DNA of 64,000 nt from Octopus vulgaris (taxonomy: Eukaryota), in NCBI GenBank assembly GCA_951406725.2, contig OX597817.1:133796001-133860000 (forward strand), written 5' to 3'. Below the pieces are notes generated by a model. The model was given only the letters and a program-made list of their open reading frames with translations. It searched no databases and was not told the DNA's origin. The translations under genes were made by a program, and so were the position numbers. Shown one piece after another: positions 13,744 to 26,757 of the stretch; position 1 is the first letter of the stretch, and each line of letters opens with the position of its first letter.

Positions 13744-13927
13744 CTCGGAGTTTCCCTGCCACCCATGAATGACTATGAGGTTATCCGATTGCCGATCGGT
13801 AACCCAGGCACGTGCCCTCGTTGATCAGCTGGTGTGTGAAGCCTCACACAAAAGTTAGCACGTGCGTGTGGATTACCAATTGAAAATCGAACAACCTCAC
13901 GCTCGTGGCTTGGCGAGAAACTCCGAG
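13744..13927. repeat. Imperfect long hairpin (~70-bp arms), MITE-like or structured RNA
   Basis: ctcggagtttc...tgaggttatccgattgccgatcggtaaccca..gcacgtgc pairs with gcacgtgc..tggattaccaattgaaaatcgaacaacctca...gaaactccgag. Confidence 0.75.
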
Positions 13928-14000
13928 AACTGATGTGAGTTTTCCAGGTCTTCCTTTAATACCCCTGCTCGCACATTTTATATATATATATATGTCCATA

Positions 14001-14083
14001 TGGCGTAGTGGTTAAGATCGCAGACTACTAACCCAAGATTCCGAGTTCGATTCCAGGCAGTGACCTGAATAATGATGATAATG

Positions 14084-14137
<54 letters not shown>

Positions 14138-14277
14138 TCGAAAAATACCTTAGGAATGAGAACTCAGGTTCGAAATTTTCCCAAGACACCTGATGAAGGC
14201 TGGAGGGTACATCAGCCAAAACGTTGTGTTAACAACAAACAAGATGAGGACAAATACCCGTGAAATGTAAATAATGT
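14001..14277 (+). mobile_element. tRNA-headed SINE-like element with (TAA)n middle and hammerhead-like 3' part
   Basis: A-box TGGCGTAGTGG (14001), B-box GAGTTCGATTCC (14043), (AAT)n, then gacac-CTGATGA-a-ggctg...cagcc-AAAA-cgtt-gtgtt. Confidence 0.75.
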
Positions 14278-14450
14278 ATGTATGTATGTATTCGAACGGA
14301 ATAACAAGGCTGTAATTCCTGTATTTGAACTAAAACAAACGAAAACGTGGTAAATGAAATGACGGTAGTGAAAGATGCTACCAATACGCTTATAAGAGGA
14401 TTGGATTAAACTTTACGTGGTGTTCGGGTATTTGTCTCAAAGTAAACAGC

Positions 14451-14586
14451 ATTCAACCAGTCTATATAGTACTATTGTACTATTGTACTATTTCATGGAA
14501 GGATTTCCCAGATCGAGATTCAACCAGTCTATATAGTACTATTGTACTATTGTACTATTTCATGGAAGGATTTCCCAGATCGAGAT
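14451..14586. repeat. Perfect 67-bp tandem duplication
   Basis: attcaaccagtctatatagtactattgtac...gatcgag starts at 14451 and 14518. Confidence 0.92.
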
Positions 14587-14687
14587 AATAGCGTACACAT
14601 TGTTCAGTTCATTATAGATACACTCTATCCTGCTATCCTTGTTACTCAGACAAGAATCTTAAGAAGTCTAGATTCTTATGAGTTAAG

Positions 14688-14766
<79 letters not shown>

Positions 14767-15016
14767 CACACACACATACACACACACAGACATGCGCTAA
14801 ATGCGAGACAAATCACTCTAGAAGGTTAGCTCGAATTATAGTTGCGTTAAACACACGCACCACGCACTAATATGATGGTTCCAGTGGAGTTATTTCAACA
14901 TTTGATCTGATTTTATTTGATGATCCATTTAATATGCATTAATTATTGATTATCAACCACTGAAACGATCGTAATAAAATATATATAATACCAGTTATTT
15001 CTTTTCTGTTTGTTCG

Positions 15017-15047
<31 letters not shown>

Positions 15048-15075
15048 GTGGGGCGCACGTTTGAATGTCTATATA

Positions 15076-15432
15076 TTTCTTTATTGCCCACAAGGAACCA
15101 AATATAGAGGGGAGAAACATAGAGGGATTAAGTCGACCCCAGTGCGTAACTGGTACTTATTTAATCGACTCCGAGAGGATGAAAGGCAAAGTCGACCACG
15201 GCGAAATACCTATTTCTTTATTACCCACAGGGGGGCTAAACACAGAGGGAACAAACAAGGTATTAAGTCGATTACATCGACCCCAGTGCGTAACTGGTAC
15301 TTAATTTAGCGAACCCGAAAGGATGAAAGGTAAAGTCGACCTCGGCGGAATTTTAACTCAGAACGTAGCGGCAGACGAAATACCGCTCAGCATTTCGTCT
15401 GGCGCGCTAACGTTTCTGCCAGCTCGCCGCCC
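15076..15432 (-). mobile_element. SINE family A, dimeric copy
   Basis: Reverse complement of family A, with the core present twice. Confidence 0.85.
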
Positions 15433-15433
15433 T

Positions 15434-15523
<90 letters not shown>

Positions 15524-16507
15524 GGTGTGGGTGTATGCATGTATGTATTTATATTCTTTTCTAGCAGGACTAAATGACTAAATTGTCTTTAAAACGATTG
15601 GAACCGGTAGCATATTTTCATAAAAATGTAAATATTTTCTTTCGTCTACGATAAAGTTCCCAAAGGATTTCTTTTTGTTTTTTAACATAAATTTATTCAT
15701 GTGCAACCTTTTAACTTTTTCAATATATTCATTTTATTTAAGATAGATTTATTTGCCGAATGACTGCACACCGCTCACACAAATATTAATTCCTGAAAGA
15801 ACTAAAAGAAAAATACTGTTACATACACTCTGCAATAAAACTACATAGTTAAGTCGTCGGTGCTAAGCTACATATAGCAGTGAACCAAGAAATTGTAATT
15901 GATTAAAATTGCAACCCCATAATGAGACGAAATAATCATTAGATTAATGATGAATTTTTCTCACCAGAGTTATAATGGTGATTAATTAGTTAAAATATTC
16001 TGATTCACTACAGTAAATAAGTACAAACTTTTATCCCAAAGTGACGGGGAAGCACGATCCTTCCCCGACTGGTTTAGGTATTACCAAACAGACAGGGTTG
16101 TCATTCGTACGCAGAGATTGGTGATTGGTGTGTTCCATGAAATTGGTTAAACTAGACGAGTCCAGATCCCTAAGACCTTGTATTGTCGAGTTCAGATCCC
16201 TAAGACCTTGTATTGTGCTCAACCAGACATCTCATCTTCCCTTCTCTCGTCAGTGAACGCTCTCTTGATCCCTAAAACCATTTGGCAATCTAATGCTATG
16301 AACCAGATATGGCAGAAAGGACGAAGTTGATTCAACGAACATTTAATAAGCTAATTCAATATTATTTCGATTGAGTTCTTGCCTGGTTGTAACAGGTGTA
16401 TATCGAAAGCCAATTACCAAGTGCACACACACACACATATATATGCACATATAAATATATATATATATATATATATATGTATATGTGTGTGTGTGTGTGT
16501 ATACACA

Positions 16508-16552
<45 letters not shown>

Positions 16553-17783
16553 TTATATATATATACATACATATATATATATATATAAATACATATACGT
16601 ATATACATATATATATACACACTCATATACATGCATACGCACATACACATATACACACATGTATACATATGCACGCACTCACACACACGTTTATATCTGA
16701 CAGACATCATATGCATAGAACAATAGAATATGTTGGTCAGACATTTCAGTTTTGCTCTGTTTTTCCCAAGGACATTGCTGACGTAGAACGGTTCCAGAAG
16801 TTTACCAAAACTGGGTCACAGAGCGAATTCGATTTATGTAGAACAGGCAATTACTGCATAGATCTTGACATTCATATGTGGTGTGCCCAACACACACACA
16901 CACACATATGAACTCAACCACGTGATTCCTGGTTTCATTTTATTCCATACCAATTTGGGCGAGTGTCTTCTACTAAGTATGAAACTCTCAGCCCTTTGTA
17001 ACGTCACGTCATTAAAAATTAGTGATATGCATGCATACGAAGTAGATTGTCTTAGATTTCCTCGATGCTCTGCACATTTTCCTGCACGTACAAGTTTTGC
17101 AGTCAATGCACTTATGACTTTAATGTATCCACAAAATGCTAGATGTCTAAATTGATATAGTAACCAATTATTTATATATTCATTATACAATAATTATACT
17201 TATTACACATTCAGGATCTTCTCTCTCTCTCTCTCTCTCTGCCTTTTCTACCGCTTACTAAATTGGTTTAGTATAATACAGTGAGCTCCTCGTATCGAGT
17301 TGGAACTCAAGCCAGCTCCACTCAGGCTTCCCAACCGACACTCATCGCTTCCTCTCATCAGCCATGTTGTGTCCACCCACCCCGGACCCCACATCAATCA
17401 CCAGTTCATCGGCTCTCTGGGATTTCTCAGTACCTTCCTTGCTCACGTCTTCCAAAGGTCCAAGAGAGGTGTTAATGCTTCTCGCTCTTACTGCTTAAGA
17501 AAGGACTTCTTTCACCGGAACCAAACCATACTTCTTTCACCGGAACCAAACAGCAATAGACAAAATTGCATCTTTTACCTTTCGTCTTTTACTTGCTTCA
17601 GACATTACACTGCGACCATGCTGGGGCACCATCTTGAAGAATTTTAATCAAATGAATCGAACCCAGTAGTTTTGTTTTAAGCCTGGTACATTATCGGCAT
17701 TTTTGCCGAGCCACTAAGTTATGGGAACATAAACACACCAACACCGATTGTCAAGTGGTGGACAAACAAAGGCACAAATAAAC

Positions 17784-17845
<62 letters not shown>

Positions 17846-17960
17846 CGTCGCAACTTTCTTTCACGCTTTCTTCTGTTGGCCTGCTCGCTTAGCCAGCGGG
17901 GTGGCGTCATTTGAAGGCTAAAACAATGCAAAGCGCATTGTGACCAGCGATGTGTAGGAT

Positions 17961-17996
<36 letters not shown>

Positions 17997-18000
<4 letters not shown>

Positions 18001-18160
18001 TTTACTCTTTTGTTTCAGTCATTTGACTACGGCCATGCCGGAGCACAAATCAACCCCCAGGACTTATTCTTTGTAAGCCTAATATTTATTCTATCAGTCT
18101 CTTTTGCCGAACCGCTAAGTTACGGGGACGTAAACACACCAGCATCGATTGGGGAGACAA

Positions 18161-18228
<68 letters not shown>

Positions 18229-18372
18229 ATATACATATACGACGGGCTTCTTCCAGTTTCTGTCTACCAAATCCACTCACAAGGCATTGGTCGGCCCGAG
18301 GCTATAGAAGAAGACACTTGCCCAAGGTGCCATGTGGTTGGTAAGCAAGCTACTTACCACACAGCCACTCCT
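17997..18372 (-). mobile_element. SINE family B
   Basis: Reverse complement of the 2167-2550 family. Further fragments lie at ~17574-17785 and ~18405-18490. Confidence 0.85.
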
Positions 18373-18499
18373 GCTATATATATATATATATATATATATA
18401 AATGCGACGGCTTCTTTCAGTTTCCGTCTTGCAAATCTACTCACGGGGCTTTGATCTGCCTATTGCCATTGAAGAAAACACTTGTCAAAGGTTACAAAA

Positions 18500-18720
18500 A
18501 GTTTGCACGACATAAAATTTCGGCCCACATTGACTCCCAGTTCCAGATTTAGGTTTAAAGCTCGACAAATTACAGTTTAGGGTCCCAACAATCCATTTTA
18601 AGTTCCATAAGGTCTTTAAAATCATTAGAAAGCTTATATCGTTTAAGTTTTTGTGAGGTCGTCTGGTGTCAATTTTAACAAGAGCTCCTGGCTTTATCTT
18701 GTTCAAGGCCTCACCAAGTC
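18500..18720 (-). mobile_element. Decayed non-LTR reverse transcriptase fragment
   Basis: The minus strand around the catalytic region gives a frameshifted DDFKDL/DDLKTY-like segment preceded by LNKIKPG. Confidence 0.4.
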
Positions 18721-18892
18721 TATATCTCGAACTTCTGACGTCTTACACACGCACACACTCACACGCATGCACAAACACACACAGACGCGCGCGCGCGCGC
18801 GTTAATCATTGTTTGTATGTCAGCAGTTTAGCATTATACTGAAGGATTACTCAATACTGTTTAGTAGAGTGCATTTAAGAGAAAAGAAATAT

Positions 18893-18973
18893 CAGTGACT
18901 TCGAAGTTTTGGCTTGTTCGCTTTCACCACGTAGTCTGATGAAGACGGACAAGCCGATACTTCGAAGTCACTG
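18893..18973. repeat. 28-bp inverted repeat overlapping a hammerhead-like motif
   Basis: Arms 18893-18920 and 18946-18973 with 3 mismatches. Plus strand reads agt CTGATGA...GATA cttcgaag TC act. Confidence 0.75.
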
Positions 18974-19039
18974 TCAACCTTTTATTGTAAAATTATATAT
19001 ATATCGTCAGGGAACACAACAGCCCGGCGCCTCTGGTGA

Positions 19040-19071
19040 TACACACACACACACACACACATATACATATA

Positions 19072-19107
<36 letters not shown>

Positions 19108-19576
19108 TGTATGTATATACATATATGTATGTATATCGAATAATTGAATGCATGTTCATTGATATATAAAAAAAATCGTGTGCCTGTATTGTGATGTGTG
19201 TGCCTCCCCTGTGAAGTTCACTAAGTACAAAGCAGTGTTATCAACTAAGGATTAACACTATAGATGCAGCAGCGAAGAACAAATACAAATAATACAACTA
19301 CACATCTCTCCCTCTCTATTTGTGTCCTCCTTCCTTCTCTTTCTTTCTTTCTCTCTTTGGTGGTTAGTAATAAACAGATTAACTCCGTTCCGAAATGTCG
19401 AATGCTATGTTCGTTTAACTGGCATGGGATTTTTTTACCTGATGGCAATTTCTAAACTTACAAGTAAACAGTCAACATTTTACCATAAAAGTAACATCAT
19501 TATCGTTTTGATTTTACGATTAGCATTTGAGTCTTCCATTCAGCATATCAATCACATAAAATTACTAAACAACCAT

Positions 19577-19659
<83 letters not shown>

Positions 19660-20150
19660 GTATGTATATACATATATGTATGTATATCGAATAATTGAAT
19701 GCATGTTCATTGATATATATAAAATCGTAAAATCGTGTGCCTGTATTGTGATGTGTGTGCCTCCCCACTGTGAAGTTCACTAAGTACAAAGCAGTGTTAT
19801 CAACTAAGGATTAACACTATAGATGCAGCAGCGAAGAACAAATACAAATAATACAACTACACATCTCTCCCTCTCTATTTGTGTCCTCCCTTCCTTCTCT
19901 TTCTTTCTTTCTCTCTTTGGTGGTTAGTAATAAACAGATTAACTCCGTCTCCGAAATGTCGAATGCTATGTTCGTTTAACTGGCATGGGATTTTTTTACC
20001 TGATGGCAATTTCTAAACTTACAAGTAAACAGTCAACATTTTACCATAAAAGTAACATCATTATCGTTTTGATTTTACGATTAGCATTTGAGTCTTCCAT
20101 TCAGCATATCAATCACATAAAATTACTAAACAACCATATACACACACACA
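19040..20150. repeat. Tandem duplication of ~550-560 bp
   Basis: 19131-19576 recurs at 19682-20137, differing mainly by small indels. Confidence 0.95.
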
Positions 20151-20238
20151 CATATATATATATTACATTATACTCACACTCACACACACATGGATAGATA
20201 GTTACACATATATGCATATATACATAGATTCATATATA

Positions 20239-20312
<74 letters not shown>

Positions 20313-20590
20313 CATACACGAAAGAGTATATTGTTAAATGCTCGAAATACGAGACTAGAAAAACAACCAACAACTGATGAAGGATCGTTCTTCACGTCGT
20401 TTGTTTTGTTTTCCATTTGTGTCTTTCGTTCTTCGAAAGAATTGTTCATGCTCCATGTACTCGTGCTTCGTATTTTTTTGTACACGTTTCGTGACGTCCT
20501 GTGCCCACATATGCATATATATATATATATATATACATCTGTTTGTTTTGCACACCACCTGTCTTCGTCTTTTGTTTTTTAGTAAACTCT

Positions 20591-20655
<65 letters not shown>

Positions 20656-20713
20656 GTACGTATAGACGTATGTATATATGCATATATACTATTTATATTA
20701 TATTATATTATAT

Positions 20714-20751
<38 letters not shown>

Positions 20752-20947
20752 AGAGAGAGAGAGAGAGGTAGTTACGTAGGTAGATAGACAGAATTACATT
20801 TCAAATTACTTTAAGTTTCATGCATAACAGACCATCTTCAGATAGGAATAATCCAGGAGAAATTTTTATGCATGGAAAACTTGTAACTTTTATTTATTAA
20901 AAGTACAATAAATATAATCACTCTAAGGAATGTATACATCATCTCAT

Positions 20948-21420
20948 CTATCTAAGTCGTCCCATAGGACGCCTCAAGACTGTTACCACACGTTTCCCCC
21001 ATTCATTTCGATCTTCCACAATGGTCCACACTTCCTGTACCCCTTTCATACCAGTATCCTCCAATAAGTTGTCGATATAGATAATCTTGCTGCTTCCTCT
21101 CTTGGTTCTTCCTTCTGTTGGTTGCCCGAGCACTAGTTTATTAGCAATTTCATCGGTGTATCTGATGCAGTGTCCAGCTAGCCTCATCCTTCTATGCTGT
21201 ATCTTCAATGTTACTTTTGGTAGTCACTGGAATAAGTCAGCGTTTGTTGTATGACTCTTCCAGGAGACATTGAGTGCCATTCTAAGCATCCTCGTATAAC
21301 AACCGTCCAACTGCTTCTTCAACGCTTTAGTGTGCGTCCATGTTTCACCCCCGTATAGAAAAACAGACTCCACTGTTGCCAGAAACAACCTCACTTTCAA
21401 TTTCGTTGCTAACACCACTC
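20948..21420 (-). mobile_element. RTE-clade LINE, 3' ORF fragment (frameshifted)
   Basis: KVRLFLATVESVFLYGGETWT...LDGCYTRMLRMALNVSW followed by RRMRLAGHCIR...PTEGRTKRG are post-RT motifs of RTE-like elements. Confidence 0.85.
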
Positions 21421-21997
21421 TCATTTTGTTTGTGGAATTTCTTACAATCTATCGCAGATGAGAAAACGCCAATATAAGCGTAGAATAGATACGCACCGTG
21501 CTTGAACTGGTTAAACATACTCTTAAATTCCAACTTCCTAATAAAGGTAAAATAGTCCATTAGCACAATAGTTGGCTATGAGAAATGTATAGCTCGAACG
21601 AGTAGCAAAGAAACAGAACTGGCGGTGAGCAGACGGTAATTTATTTATAGATGTTGTATATACAAGAAGTTAGTTCTTTACAGCTGTTTCAGCGATGCTG
21701 CGAGTGGTTGATGCAAACAACTGTAACGGGCTATTTTCTTCTTGTAATATAAAATAATTAATGAAACCTGGAATTGTTTGTCCAACATAATGTCTGTGTC
21801 TGTGTGTGTATCAACAGTAAAGCGACTAGCCACATCAAAGTGGCAGATGAATGCTACTTACTAGTTTAACCCCAAGCGAATTCTCCGCCAGCTGGTTTTC
21901 GGTGCAAGCTTTATACGTACGTATGCATGTACGTATAAAGTTTTGTTGGAGCAGAATCGTGAGTTCCGTTGGTTAGATGGCAGGGTTGTATGGAAGC

Positions 21998-22065
<68 letters not shown>

Positions 22066-23084
22066 CATTAATACTGTTATTATGTTATCGTTATCAATAA
22101 TAATGATAATAATAATGAAGAGGCAGTATCACACTTATAAGTGGTGCTAGATTTCCTTATGGAGTTCACAAGCTGAAGACTAGAGCTTCAAAGTCTAAGG
22201 CTATTCCAGGCAAATATCGAATATTTCGAATGATGAGGGTGGGTAATTGACAGGGGCCTCAGAAATGGAACAAGCCTAGGGCCTATCTTCATCTAAATCC
22301 TGCAGCCTGTCACTTTTCAGGGCCTCTGACTATTTGCGCGGCGGGCAGATGATGTCTTCAGAATGGATCTTTGACCAGAATGCTTACAACAGCGAGAGCA
22401 CCCCGTTGAAGGTAATGCAAGGAGTCGAGTGAGTTGGGGTTGATGTCAAACTCGTGTGACGGACTTTGGACCAATTCAAGATATGCAACAAAAACAGATC
22501 ACAAAAATACGACTTTAAAAAAAAAGACGGAATAAGTGTTGGTATTGGCAGTGTTTCTGTGGCTAATTCAATAATGTAATTAAATAATCAGTGTAACCAC
22601 AACAGTAATAATTAGTAATGCCTTTTTACATTTATAAACACTCTAGTTGTATACACACACATACACATATATATATATTAGAGAAGTTAATTATTATTTC
22701 ATAGAGTTGCATCAAGTGTAATTCGTATTGTATTAGAGAGAGGAGGGGTGAGGAATCAGAGGGAGAAAGATAAAGAGTAAATTAACAACAGTGGGGGGGG
22801 GGAGAAAAGAAGAGAGATATGAAGAGAAGACGAAAGAGAACGGTTACAGGTGCAGAGCGATTGACGTAGGGGGGGGGGTGAACTGACTGTCTTATTGAAA
22901 GAGTGATATTTTATTTACTGAGGAAGGTGATGTCAAAGGTAGTGATGAAGTGGTGGTGGTGGCGATGAGGTGGAGCTGGTGGCAGTAAGATGGTGCTGTT
23001 GGCGGTACTAATGTGGTGGAGCGTGTAGTAGTAAGTGATAATAAGCAGTGGAAGTCCTCACCAATTTACCGTAGTTCATATTGG

Positions 23085-23235
23085 TGAGTACCTATGACAG
23101 CCTAGCGGACTGATTAATGTGGTGCACCTACTTGCAGCCTAGTAACCTAGGTTCTGTGGTGTACCTCCTTGCAACCGAGTGAACTGAGTGCGGCGGTGTA
23201 ATTACTCATGACTGAGTGGACTGGACCGTGGCGAA
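23085..23235. repeat. Degenerate ~36-bp minisatellite
   Basis: About four units of gtggtgyacctacttgcagcctagtgractg. Confidence 0.6.
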
Positions 23236-24323
23236 CTCTTTATCTTGGTTGTCGACGGAGATCGGCTGGAAACCACACCGACCGGAATATTTAATCAACT
23301 TCGCCTTCACCCTAACCAACTAAGGTGTAAACTAACCTCTAACTCTAATTTAGCCGGCTTCAAAGGTGAATAAATTACACGCACACACTGAGATGCTGAC
23401 AAGTCAATTTATCCTAATAGTCAGAAAAGGAAGGGTGACCAGTATGACCATTTCCAGAGCGCTCCGTGATTGGTGGGTGAAAGAGAGAGAAGTTATTCTG
23501 AAACCGAAGATCTGGCCGAAATATTTACAATGTAAGTGGAGATGGTCATGTACATGGCATAGATGCTTGCAACAGACCCAGTAAATCACTGGTACAGTAT
23601 GACCACTGAGAAGCTACGAATACAAAACACGACAGAAGTAGGTAACTTCAAGTAATATCGCTTGATATTCATTGTCAAAATACATTGGTTACTCTTTGGT
23701 AAGGTACAAATGTGATCCTTTCCCGAGAGCCTGGCTCTTTGAATATTGACTAGAGACTAATAAGGTCAAACAGATAGCAAACTGGTCTTGTTAGGTATTA
23801 GGCTGGTTGCTCTTCGAAGCTGGCAACGACAAGTATTTGGTTTCATTGCAAACGCAAAACCATTCCTGTTAATAAACTCGTAGATTCGAACAGAGAAATT
23901 ACCACGAAGTAAACGAAGAAATTTTAGGTGTATGTTTGACCTGGCGTCACATATAATGTTTTGTTGGAAATGGAACATTTTATGATGTCGTTTGATTCTA
24001 GGTCAGCTCTCTGTTTGAACAAACATGAACATCCCGTTTCATCCCCCATCCTTCTCAGATGCAATACCTCCAGAATTATATTAAGCAGTGTGTCCTTTAC
24101 GAAGACAACAAATTCTGGACTGATATATATTTCTTGCAGGCGAAGCAACCATGATTATCTCACTGGAAGGTGTTCATGCTTTTCCCAGAAGTTTACCATG
24201 ATATCGAAACAGGTTACAAGAATCGACTCATCGACAACTTTATCTTCTTTACATCAAAGCTCGCCATTTGCGAAAAATATATTGACTTTGTTTATGCATA
24301 AATACACACACACACACACACAC

Positions 24324-24387
<64 letters not shown>

Positions 24388-24687
24388 TTAGCTTCGGAGT
24401 AGTAGGGTAGGACAACTAGGGTATTGTGACGTTCACACTTTTACAAACCTCTTTTACTTTTCCCTCTTACTCTCTCAGGAGAATTGATAATATAAAATGA
24501 AGAGAAATTGCTTCTATAGAGTCAAAGGAAATTATCGACTTCTTTCACAAACAGAAGTCCAGAGATTATCTCTAGTTGACGGCGCTTAATATCTATATAT
24601 TATTAATACTTCAAAAGGACAATGAGATGACAATAAAAGCAAGACACTCTCTCACTCCCTCTCTCCCTGACATACACACACACACAC

Positions 24688-24747
<60 letters not shown>

Positions 24748-26537
24748 CCCTTGCGTATTATGACTCCATGCTAATGTAATATCTTGCCAAGATCGACTTT
24801 TTTTACGTGTTTCAGAGGATGAAATGCGTCGTCTGTGACCATGTTTGGAGTCTTCTAGACTGGGGAGAGAAAGTTATTCTTAAGTCGAAAACGTAACCCG
24901 GATCCTTGCAGTGGAGTGTATTCCGAGAAATGGAACCCATAGACCCAGTTAAACTAGGGATTAAGTCTATCACCGCAAAACCTTGAGATTCACCCATCAA
25001 AGAATCAGTAATTTACCACGTTTCTCACGTACAACCTTAAATAAATACACCTTGTTACCTCGCTCCTAAAATGCATTTTATGCCCTAATCACACTGCAAC
25101 ACGCCTTCTGCCTCTTAGCACCCCACTCTGACCGAAACAAACATTTTCTCCTAAATACTAACTTTTCCGTAAACACAGCATATGCCCCAAAATACTTTGT
25201 ATACTGACTGTTCAATGTACTCAATGTACCCTAAGTACCCTAAGCACCTTAAACATAACTTGTTGGTTAAACACCCTATCCTCTAAATATAACTTTCAAT
25301 GTATATACACCTTGTGCGCTCGCATGTTTTGTGCCTTAAACGCACCTTATGTTCTCAACTACGTTATACCCTAAAAAGACCCTCTCTTTAAGCGTATCTT
25401 GAATCTAAATACTACCATGTATTCTAAAGACGAGGTAATCAAAGAACTTCGACAGGCCACAGAATAATTGTATTGTCGGAGGTTTAATTGTACATCCTTT
25501 TTTAAAACACTTGTCTTGCAAAAGTTTTTCTTAAGTACTTCACCTGCGTAGGAGGTGCAAGGCTATTGATCTTTGCTGTTCCTACCCTTCCAAACTAGGA
25601 TGTGTAAAATTGAAACATTAGGCTCACATTCCATTCAAACATAGAAACATTGTTGAACCATTACTTCTATATTAACATACTACGAACCAAAATGCTAGAA
25701 ATGATAGCCAAATCCCTCTCAAATTGCACTCTATTGTATAAAAAAAGATAAAGAGACACATTGGATAATTTAGTGTAAGATATATCAAAACTCGGGATGG
25801 CCATGGCTGGGATGACTTTGGTCGATAACATGTCTAGTGGATCAGAGCTGAATGAAACCTAAACAATCGCAAAACAAAGTATTCAGTGTAGCGTAATGGA
25901 TTCTGATGACGGTGAAGGTCAGTTGGTAGAAGATGGAGGTTGTTATTCTAGGGGGAGGGGCGGGGGAAAAATGAAAAATAGAAATTGTGGTTTCGAAACT
26001 AAAAAAATATAAAGAAAGTAGAAAAATCTGAAATGTTTATAGGTTTTCAGGAGAAAACTGAGTGATGTGAGGAGTTATAATCAGAGATATTTCAATGTGT
26101 ATGGGGAAGTCTGTTTTACCATATTGCGATGTGATACAGATCATGATAAAGAAGAGTGGGGGGAGATGGAGGAAGAAAGGATAGAGGTCACGTGGCCGGA
26201 GAGCGAGAATCTGAGTTGCCAAAATCTTCCTCCGTTGATGACTTTTCATGTGGTTGCAATCATAACACAGAGGCTTTCAGTGCAGAAATATTAGTGATAT
26301 ATAAAATCTGAGGTTTGGAAGTTCCTGGTTCTGTCAATTTTCATGTCACACCGGCGAAAGTCTTCTTGGGCCAATAGGTGTGTGTGGTGGTGGGTTAGTG
26401 CAGTGCAAGCTACACCCAGTGAAAATTATTCATCTGCACGGGTACTTCTTGTACACCAAATCTTAGTAAAATCGTATATATAAGTATGTATGTGTGTGGA
26501 TGGGTGTATGTGTATGTATGTATGTATGTATATATAT

Positions 26538-26583
<46 letters not shown>

Positions 26584-26606
26584 ATATATATATGTGTGTG
26601 TGTATG

Positions 26607-26647
<41 letters not shown>

Positions 26648-26712
26648 TAAACATAAGAGAAACTACCTTTAATAGGTAATTTTACACGCTAGAAACGACC
26701 GAAACCATGTAC

Positions 26713-26757
<45 letters not shown>

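Noticed and set aside
14001-14065. tRNA-like sequence
   Set aside because: It has A/B boxes but no complete cloverleaf or acceptor stem. This and the other tRNA-like heads are SINE heads, not tRNA genes.
23085-23235. ~36-bp periodic repeats resembling a CRISPR array
   Set aside because: Degenerate head-to-tail units with no unique spacers, in a eukaryotic context with no cas genes.
24787-24900. Plus-strand acceptor-like ttttttttacgtgtttcag followed by MKCVVCDHVW
   Set aside because: The frame closes quickly, with no convincing donor or homology.
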